Positions 1 through 7,508 of a stretch of 64,000 nt of DNA are shown piece by piece. The number at the start of each line of letters is the position of its first letter. Position 1 is the first letter of the stretch. The translations under genes were made by a program, and so were the position numbers. The notes under the pieces are model-generated. The model was not told where the DNA came from and ran no database searches. It was given only the letters and a program-made list of their open reading frames with translations. The stretch comes from an uncultured Acidobacteriota bacterium (lineage in GTDB: Bacteria > Acidobacteriota > Polarisedimenticolia > J045): assembly GCA_963702425.1 (NCBI GenBank), contig CAVPCQ010000037.1, forward strand, positions 1-64,000. Reading direction: 5' to 3'.

Positions 1-861
1 CCGCGGTCCGTGATCAGGTGTCGTGGCGCCTGCCCCGCGGCCCGGATCGAGCCGGCTAGGAAGGCGCTCATCGCCACGGCGGCGGGCCGGCCCCGGAAGA
101 CCCGGACGCCCATGATCCGGCGCGAGAAGTGGTCGATGCCGACGGCGACCCAGCAACAGAAAGGCCAGCGCTGGGGGACCGACCAGGGCAGCCACGAGAT
201 CCAGAAACCGGCGAGCGTCGGCACGGTGGTCAGGTCGACCAGCCAGATGTGATTCGGGCGCGACGATCGGATGCAGCGTTCGATCCGGACCGTCGCGGCA
301 GGCGCCACGCGACGGGGGCGGTACTTCAGCATCCGGCGGACGGTCGTCCGCCCGAGATGGAGCCCCGCGCGGGAGAGCACCGCCGCGATTCGCGCCGTCC
401 CCATCGCGGGGCACAGCACCTTCAAGCGCCGAACGATGTGCGCAACGAGGTCCGGGAACCTGTTCACGGGCTCGGGCGTCCGGACGAGCGCGGCAGGTCC
501 GTCCTCATCGAGCCGGGTCATCCAGTCGGCGATCGTGGCTTCCGTCACGAAGAACCGGCCGGCTGTCTGAAGCTGCCGACCAGCCGCGAGCCGCGCGGAG
601 TTCGAGAATCGCGAGTCGATCCACGGCGGGGTAATGCGGTCGGCGATGCGGCGGGACGCGCTCCAGGCGAGCGTCCTTGATGCGCAGCTCCTCGAGGAGC
701 AGGGCCAGCTCGTGCTCCAGGCGGACGGAGACGGCGACGCGATCGGTGGCCGCAAGCAGGGCGACCCGGGCCAGGGAGAGGGCGTGGACGATCGCGGAGC
801 GGGCGCGTCGGGGCCAACGCGGGGGGAGCAAGACGTCACCTCGCCAGTCCTCAGTAGACAT
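1..861 (-). mobile_element. HTH + integrase-core (rve/DDE) transposase, frameshifted near 570, running off the left edge
   Basis: ATG at 861 with GGAGG upstream. Reads MSTEDW...LRIKDARLERVPPHRRPHYPAVDRLAILELRAARGWSA, then after a 1-nt shift QTAGRFFVTEATIADWMTRLDEDGP...RPNHIWLVDLT...DHFSRRIMG...HLITDR, giving the first two acidic residues of an rve domain. Confidence 0.8.
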
Positions 862-973
862 GCCGGCCTCCCTGAACGCGGCCGCCCGAAGGCGCGCGCA
901 GAGAGGATAAGTTGTTAGGGGAGTAAGGGATGGCCCCGCGGACAGAGAGGCGGGCAGCCGCGCGTGCGGCGGC

Positions 974-1008
974 TTGCCGATCCCAACGGTATCATATAAG
1001 ATGATACC
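974..1008 (+). promoter_or_regulatory. Sigma70-like promoter (TTGCCG-N17-TAAGAT) overlapped by the perfect inverted repeat GGTATCAT-N5-ATGATACC (putative operator)
   Basis: -35 at 974-979, -10 at 997-1002, palindrome arms at 988-995 and 1001-1008; ATG at 1010. Confidence 0.65.
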
Positions 1009-1009
1009 C

Positions 1010-1549
1010 ATGAAACCGAAGGAGACGATCGCGCAGTTCGACCGATTCCTCGCTGCGGCGGGCGTGCGGCTCGAAGCGGTCGTGATCGGCGGCACGGCGA
1101 TGGCCCTGCTCGGCGTGACCTCGCGCCAGACGAAAGACTGCGACGTGCTCGCCCCGCCACTCCCGCCCGAAGTCGTCGACGCGGCGCGGCGATTCGCCGC
1201 AGCGGTTCGCCGGGCAGGCGATCCGCTGGCCGACGACTGGCTCAACAACGGCCCCTCGTCGCTCGTCGAGGCGCTGCCTCCCGGTTGGGAGGAGCGGCTG
1301 CAAATCGTCTTCAAGGGAACGGCCCTGACACTTCGCACCCTCGGGCGGTTGGACCTGCTCCGCAGCAAGCTCTTCGCGCTGTGCGATCGCGGTCTCGACC
1401 TGCCGGATTGCCTCGCCTTGGCACCGACCTCGGAGGAACTGAGCGAACTCCTTCCCTGGGTCTGTCAGCAGGATCTGAACCCCGACTGGCCGGAGCACGT
1501 ACGGGCGACCCTCGCCGATCTGGGACGGAGGCTCGGCCATGGCGTATAG
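1010..1549 (+). CDS. DUF6036-like / AbiEii-superfamily nucleotidyltransferase, putative toxin
   Basis: Pol-beta NTase motif IGGTAM...RQTKDCD plus C-terminal SKLFALCDRGLD (KLxA..R..D). Alternative start at 1001. Confidence 0.75.
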   Translation: MKPKETIAQFDRFLAAAGVRLEAVVIGGTAMALLGVTSRQTKDCDVLAPPLPPEVVDAARRFAAAVRRAGDPLADDWLNNGPSSLVEALPPGWEERLQIVFKGTALTLRTLGRLDLLRSKLFALCDRGLDLPDCLALAPTSEELSELLPWVCQQDLNPDWPEHVRATLADLGRRLGHGV

Positions 1550-2243
1550 CCGGACCGCCGAGAGCCGTGAGCTGTCCGAGGGGCGGAAGCTCGTCTCGGA
1601 CATGGCCGGGATCGGGATGCTCTTCGCGGCCCCGGCGTCGCGGGACCCCAACATCGAGGACACGCTCATCGCCGCCTCGGTGGAGGCGATGGACCGGGAC
1701 GATCTGCGCGTGGCGTCCGTGATGACGACCTGGCTCGGGATCCACCACCCGCGCCTCAACGCCGACCGGCTCGTCCGGGCGCTCACCGACCATCCGTCGA
1801 AGCGCGTCCTCGCGTACTGGACCGCCATTGGCCGATGGCTGCAGAAGGACGCCCGCCTGGCGCGTCTCGAGGGGCTCTATGGCGGACCGCAAGTGGAGCT
1901 GCTCCGATCCGGCACGGCGTTTCACGTGCGGCGGAAGGGGGAGGACCCCCGGTTTTGTCGCAGCCGGCTGCGCGTCTCCGCCGGGGTGCTTCGTGATCGA
2001 CCGGCCGACGTCATGTCGCCCAGCGAGCTAGCCCGGCGCCACGGCACGTATCGCCTGCGGATCGTGATCGGTCCGAGCTACCGCGCCGACATGTGGGCCG
2101 AGCTGGAGCGCGATCCGGAGCTGTCCGCCGCGGAACTCGCTCGCCGGGCCTACGGGTCGTTCGCGACGGCGTGGAAGGTCAGGCAGGACTGGGCGCTGAT
2201 CCACCCGGCGCTGCCGACAGCCAGAGGGCGGCCAGGCCACTGA
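1539..2243 (+). CDS. Uncharacterised protein with a C-terminal HTH-like segment, putative antitoxin/autoregulator
   Basis: Overlaps the NTase stop by 11 nt. C-terminal RADMWAELERDPELSAAELARRAYGSFATAWKV resembles a helix-turn-helix. Confidence 0.65.
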   Translation: MAYSRTAESRELSEGRKLVSDMAGIGMLFAAPASRDPNIEDTLIAASVEAMDRDDLRVASVMTTWLGIHHPRLNADRLVRALTDHPSKRVLAYWTAIGRWLQKDARLARLEGLYGGPQVELLRSGTAFHVRRKGEDPRFCRSRLRVSAGVLRDRPADVMSPSELARRHGTYRLRIVIGPSYRADMWAELERDPELSAAELARRAYGSFATAWKVRQDWALIHPALPTARGRPGH

Positions 2244-2679
2244 ACTGGCGGAGTGGCGGGGCGGAGGCGCTGAAGGGCGTCGCGGCCGGTTTGCGATGCG
2301 TGTCGAACGCGGAGCCAATCCTCCTCTTTTCGAACTTCGGGCGGGGCGGTTAACGGGGAAGGTGTGTCCGGGGGCGGCCGGGGGGCCGGATAGGCGCGAA
2401 GGGCGCGGGGAGGCACCGGACCGTCGCCAGGACCCGGCTCTCTGCAAGCCGACTCGCTCGGGGGCGGGCGAGGCTCCGGTCGTCGTTCGGGGTGGAGCGC
2501 TCTCTTGATCTCTGCGATCGTCGAGAGAGCCGTGCGCCGGCGCATTGCCCGTCTCCGTGCCGTCGGGGGTGAGGAGGCGAGGTCCACCCGGGAATGCGCA
2601 TTGCCGTTGTTCTCCTCGCAGAAATTCTTGCGCGGAATTGAGCTGAAATAGGTGGAGTAAGTGCCTCCTCCTCAGGCGG

Positions 2680-3140
2680 CCGGAGGGTCGCAGCGAGGAG
2701 GCAGGATGAGTGGAAGGCGGCAGGACGAAGGCGGATGGGACGAGGGCTCGGACCTGCAGGGGATCGAGCCCCTCGGGGTGTCGGAGGCCGGCGCGGAGGT
2801 TGAGGGGCCGGCGTCGACAAGGGTCGGGACGACGCGGGTGCGCTTCCGGTGCCGTAGGCGGCGCAGTGCGGGCTGCCCTTGCTCGATCCGCGGCGCTTGG
2901 CGGAGCCGGTCGCGCGCCTCAGGCGGGCGAGTTTCTCGCGGGTCCGGAGCGGTTGGGCGTAGCGGTCGGGCTCGCTCTGGCGGAGGATGTGCCGGGCCAT
3001 GACGACCAGCTTGCGCGCGGTGGCCACGACGGCGACGTTGCGGTCCTTCTTCCTGGCGAAGTTGCGGAAGAAGACCCCGAGCGGCCCGGGACGGGTGCCG
3101 AGGCGCTGAGCCGCCTGGACCAGCACCCAGCGCGCGCATC
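2680..3140 (-). mobile_element. IS110-family transposase C-terminal remnant (decayed; left boundary approximate)
   Basis: ARWVLVQAAQRLGTRPGPLGVFFRNFARKKDRNVAVVATARKLVVMARHILRQSEPDRYAQP is a typical IS110 C-terminus. The N-terminal DEDD domain is absent and the frame breaks downstream. Confidence 0.75.
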
Positions 3141-3152
3141 CGGAGCTCTGCT

Positions 3153-5021
3153 ATGACAATCGCATCCTCACGGTACGCGCTGCTCGCCCGGCTGGCCGAG
3201 CGCACCCTCGGCCGCGCCGCCGGCACCCTGGCGCTCGCCGCCGCGCTTCTCCTGCCGGCCTGCCGCTCAGCACCGCCGGGACCAGCGGCCGCCGCGCCTC
3301 CCGCGCGCGTCGCCGCGGACGGCGCGGCGCTCGATGCCGGACTCGTCGTCGCGCCGGAGCCGCGGGCTGCGCGGGTCGGTGCCGCGGTGCTCGCCGCCGG
3401 GGGGAACGCCATCGACGCCGCGGTCGCGACCCACCTCGCGCTGGCCGTCACCTTCCCCTACGCCGGCAACCTCGGCGGCGGCGGCTTCTGCGTCGTGCGC
3501 CAGCCGGACGGCGCGGTCCTCGCGCTCGACTTCCGCGAGACCGCGCCGGCCGCGGCCACGCGCGACATGTTCCTCGACGCGAACGGGGAAGTCGTTCCCG
3601 GGGCGAGCCTCTACACGCTGCGCGCAGCGGGGGTCCCGGGCTCGGTTGCGGGGCTGGCCGCGCTTCACGCCCGGGGCGGCGCGCTGGCCTGGGCCGACCT
3701 GTTCGCCCCCGCGATCGCGCTCGCCGCGGAGGGCTTCGCGCTCGATCCCTGGACCGCAGGCTCGTTCGCGGAGCGGGCCGAGGAACTCGCTTCCGACGCC
3801 CCTGCCGCGCTCCAGCCCGGCCTCAACTTCGCTCGCACGTTCCGGGGCTCCGCCGGCGAGACCTTCCGCCAGCCGGAGCTGGCCGCGACGCTGCGCCGGA
3901 TCGCTGCCGGCGGGCCGGACGAGTTCTACCGCGGGCGCACCGCGGAGCTCGTCGTCGACGCGATGCGCCGCGGCGGCGGACTGATCACGGCGGACGACCT
4001 GGCCGGCTACCGCGCGCTGTGGCGCGCTCCGGTCGAGGGGACCTACCGCGGGCACCGCGTGATCTCGATGCCGCCACCGTCGTCGGGCGGCGTGATGTTG
4101 ATCGAGCTGCTCAACATGCTCGAGGGGTTCGCCGTGCCCCCTCCCGGCAGCGCCGCGCAGGTCCACCTCTTCGCCGAGCTGGAGAAGCGGGCGTTCGCCG
4201 ACCGCGCGCGCTGGCTCGGCGACCCGGACCAGGTGCGGGTGCCGACCGCGCGCCTGGTCTCGAAGGACTACGCTCGCGCTCGCGCCGCGGGGATCAGCGA
4301 GGGTCGCCGGACCGACCCGGGGACGATCGCCGCCGGGGCTGCGGGCCCGGCCGAAGACGGGGAGACGCTCCACTTCAGCGTCGTCGACCGCGCGCGCCGC
4401 GCCGTCGCCTGCACGACCACGATCAACGACGCCTACGGGTCCGGGATCGTCGTCGAGGGGGCCGGCTTCCTGCTGAACAACGAGATGGACGACTTTGCCG
4501 CCAAGCCGGGTGCGCCGAACCTCTACGGCGTCGTCGGCGGCGCGGCGAACGCGATCGCCTCAGGCAAGCGGATGCTCTCCACGATGACGCCGACGATCGT
4601 CGAGCGGCCGGACGGGCAGGCCTGGCTCGTGCTGGGGAGCCCGGGTGGATCGACGATCGTCACGACCGTCTTCCAGGTCGTCTCGCACGTCGTCGACGGC
4701 GGGATGGCCCTGCCCGACGCCGTCGCCGCGCCGCGGGTCCATCACCAGTGGCCGCCGGCCGAGCCGGGGCGTGACGCGCTGCGCACCGAGCGCGATCCGC
4801 GCTTCGCGCTCCCCGCGACGGAGCTGGCGCTGCTCGCCGGGCAGGGCTACGCGATCGACGCGAAAGGGCCGCTCGGCAACGTGCAGGCGATCGCGATCGA
4901 GGGCCGGCGTGCCGCCGGTGCGCCCGACCCGCGCGGCATCGGCGCGGCGGCGGCGGAGCCGAAGGCCCGCGGGACCGCGCCCGAAGCGCCGCTCAGCGCG
5001 GCTCCGTCCACTCCACGCTGA
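3153..5021 (+). CDS. ggt: Gamma-glutamyltransferase (probable lipoprotein)
   Basis: GGNAIDAAVA, LDFRETAP, ETLHFSVVD (nucleophile Thr), LLNNEMDDF, GSPGGSTI; lipobox-like LLPAC. Confidence 0.93.
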   Translation: MTIASSRYALLARLAERTLGRAAGTLALAAALLLPACRSAPPGPAAAAPPARVAADGAALDAGLVVAPEPRAARVGAAVLAAGGNAIDAAVATHLALAVTFPYAGNLGGGGFCVVRQPDGAVLALDFRETAPAAATRDMFLDANGEVVPGASLYTLRAAGVPGSVAGLAALHARGGALAWADLFAPAIALAAEGFALDPWTAGSFAERAEELASDAPAALQPGLNFARTFRGSAGETFRQPELAATLRRIAAGGPDEFYRGRTAELVVDAMRRGGGLITADDLAGYRALWRAPVEGTYRGHRVISMPPPSSGGVMLIELLNMLEGFAVPPPGSAAQVHLFAELEKRAFADRARWLGDPDQVRVPTARLVSKDYARARAAGISEGRRTDPGTIAAGAAGPAEDGETLHFSVVDRARRAVACTTTINDAYGSGIVVEGAGFLLNNEMDDFAAKPGAPNLYGVVGGAANAIASGKRMLSTMTPTIVERPDGQAWLVLGSPGGSTIVTTVFQVVSHVVDGGMALPDAVAAPRVHHQWPPAEPGRDALRTERDPRFALPATELALLAGQGYAIDAKGPLGNVQAIAIEGRRAAGAPDPRGIGAAAAEPKARGTAPEAPLSAAPSTPR

Positions 5022-6083
5022 CCAGCTCGAGCCGTTCGCCGCGCGGCGGCGGCGCGAGCGTGAGCGCGAAGCGCGGGCCGTCCGGCCGCACGACGATCTC
5101 CCAGGCGTGGCGCCCCGGCGCGCTCATCGCGGCCGTCGTCGTCAGCCCGCTCCCCGCCTCGATCGTCGCCCCCTCGGCCCTCGCCGCGAGCGCGATCCCG
5201 GCCCGGCTCGCGCGCGCGAACGACAGCCGCAGCGCCGAGCGCCTGCCCCGCCTCCGCGCCATCCAGCTCGAGCCGCGCGACGAACCGCTGCGGCCCCGCG
5301 CCGAGCAGGCTCCCGAGCTGCTGGCTGATCCCGCTCTCCGCGCCGAGCCGGTCGAGCGCCGCCGCGCTCGCGGCGCGCAGCGCGCGCGGCTGGCGCGCGA
5401 GATCCCAGCGGATTCCGAGCGGGGTCGGGTCATCGCTCCCCGGGACACCGGTTCCGCCGATCCGGCGGATCGAGCCGGGGGTGTAGACCTCGCGCATCCG
5501 CGCGCCGTTGTCGACCGGCCGCCCGTCGCGGTCGCGGTCGAGCTGCCCTTCGAAGACGACCAGCCCGGCGAGCGCGGCCTCCGGGTCGGCGCGGATCTGC
5601 GTCCAGCGAGAGGACGCGCCCGTCGCGCACGAAGAACCCGGCATAGGTCACGTCGATGAAGTGCCACGCGCCATCCCAGTACGCCTGGGCACACGAGTGT
5701 CCGGCCCCCGGGCGCGGGAAGTCGTAGAGGTTGACCCGCTCCGCGGTGAGGCCGGCGGCGCGCGCCATCGAGCAGAAGAGGACCGAGCGGGGCCCGCACA
5801 GCCCGTGGAGCGGCAGCGCCTGCCCGGGAACCCTCCGGCGCGGATCGTTGGTCGTGTTCGCGACCACCCAGCGGGCGAGCGCCTCCGCCTTCGCGGCGTC
5901 GGTCATGCCGGGGCGCAGCGTCGCGAGCGCCTGCGCCGTCAAGCTGTCGGCCGCGTCCGGGCGCTCCGATCCGTAGCCGCGGCGGACCACCTCCGGTGCG
6001 CCCCAGGCGATCGCTGCGGCGGCGGCGAGGGCCGCGGCGAGCGCGAATCGGCGGCGGGGCGGGAATGGCGCGGTGGCCTCCAT
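4993..6083 (-). pseudogene. Exported transglutaminase-like (Cys-His-Asp) protein with two apparent 1-nt frameshifts (~5600, ~5235); possibly sequencing errors
   Basis: N-terminal hydrophobic segment, then HGLCGPRS...GHSCAQAYWDGAWHFIDVT (Cys, His, Asp). The reading continues across three frames to the stop at 4993. Confidence 0.6.
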
Positions 6084-6191
6084 GCCCGGTCGAACGTAGG
6101 GCCGCCCCCGCCCCGCGGGCCAAGTCACGCCCCTCCGCGCCGCGGCTCGCCCGGTTGCGGTAACCTCTCCCGCCGCTTCCCGGAGGCTCCC

Positions 6192-7508
6192 GTGTCCGAA
6201 CCCCGTCTCTCCCCGGTTCCCGAGGACCGGCCCGTGCTCGTCGTCCGCCCCGGCGAGTTGGCGGGCCTCGATGAGAGCCCGAAGACGATGGCCGCGATCC
6301 CCGGCAGCCGGATGTTCGAGATTCGCGACGCGCTCGCCGTCTTCGAGCGCGACCAGCCGGGGCGCGACCAGTTCGACGCCAGCCAGGGGGACGGCGGCGC
6401 CAGCCTGCCCGGCGTGCCGGAGGAGCTGCTCGACGCCGCGCACGCGCTGCAGAAGGAGCACGGGACCGGCTACGACCAGCCGTTCGGCACGAACCTGTTC
6501 CGCAAGGTGATCGCCGAGCAGTACTGGGGACTCGACGCCGCGACCGGTTGGGGCCCCGAGAACGTCGTGGCCTGCCAGGGGGGGCGCGACGCGCTCCTCA
6601 AGGCCTACGAAGCGATGCAGTTCCTCGGGATGAGACGGCGCGGCGACTTCGTCGTCGTCAGCCGCGTCCCGTGGATCTCCTACAACTGGGGACCCTACGC
6701 GGTCGGCGCCAACGTGCTGCTCGCGCCGGGACGCGAGGCCGACGCCTGGGCGCTGACGGCGGAGGGGATCGCCGAGACGGTGCGCGAGGCGGAGCGTCGC
6801 GGCCGCGGCGTCGCCGGCCTGGTTCTCACCAGCCCCGACAACCCGACCGGCCGTACGACCCCGCTCGACGCGCAGCGCGCGCTGGCCCGCGCCGCGTTCG
6901 CGGCCGGGATCCCGTTCGTCCTCTTCGACTGGATCTACCACCGCGTCGGCGATGAGCCGCCGCACGACCTCAACGCCTTCCTCGCGCCGCTGACGCCGGC
7001 CGAGCGCGACCGTTGCATGATCCTCGACGGGATCACCAAGTCGCTCGGCGCCAGCAACGTCCGCAACGCGCACCTGGTGGTCGGCAAGGCGGTCGCGAAG
7101 TTCGTCTCCGCGCGGGCCTCGCACGGTGTCATCCCGTCGTTCCACAGCACCGCGGTGGCGATCGCCGCGACGAGGATGGGCTTCGACCGCGCCGCCGCGC
7201 CGATCGTCGGCCCGACCAACGCCAGCCGGAAGGTCCTGCGGCGCTTTCTCGAGGCGAAGGGGCTGCGGCACATCCTCGGCCAGGGCTACTACGCCTTCAT
7301 CGACGTCGGGCCGTTCATGGACCGGGCCGGGATGGCCGACTCGGCCGCGATGGGGACGTACCTCGGCGAGCGCCACGGCCTGGCCGTCGTCCCCGGCGTC
7401 TACTTCAGCGACTTCGGCGCGCGCTGGATCCGCTTCTCCTACGCGCTGCCGCCCGAGACGACGACCCGCGCCGCGGACCGGCTCTGGGAGGCGCTCTCCG
7501 CGCTATGA
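6192..7508 (+). CDS. PLP-dependent aminotransferase class I/II
   Basis: GTG start after GGAGG; SPDNPTG, FDWIY, DGITKSLG (PLP Lys), WIRFSYA. Confidence 0.88.
   Translation: MSEPRLSPVPEDRPVLVVRPGELAGLDESPKTMAAIPGSRMFEIRDALAVFERDQPGRDQFDASQGDGGASLPGVPEELLDAAHALQKEHGTGYDQPFGTNLFRKVIAEQYWGLDAATGWGPENVVACQGGRDALLKAYEAMQFLGMRRRGDFVVVSRVPWISYNWGPYAVGANVLLAPGREADAWALTAEGIAETVREAERRGRGVAGLVLTSPDNPTGRTTPLDAQRALARAAFAAGIPFVLFDWIYHRVGDEPPHDLNAFLAPLTPAERDRCMILDGITKSLGASNVRNAHLVVGKAVAKFVSARASHGVIPSFHSTAVAIAATRMGFDRAAAPIVGPTNASRKVLRRFLEAKGLRHILGQGYYAFIDVGPFMDRAGMADSAAMGTYLGERHGLAVVPGVYFSDFGARWIRFSYALPPETTTRAADRLWEALSAL

Noticed and set aside
2244-2590. Possible small ORF or ncRNA between the NTase module and the IS110 remnant
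   Set aside because: No convincing start/RBS, motif or recognisable RNA fold; probably decayed mobile DNA.
5430-7376. Apparent 648-aa ORF fusing an antisense aminotransferase frame to the transglutaminase-like domain
   Set aside because: Only the part from ATG 6083 looks like protein; the rest is antisense to the aminotransferase.
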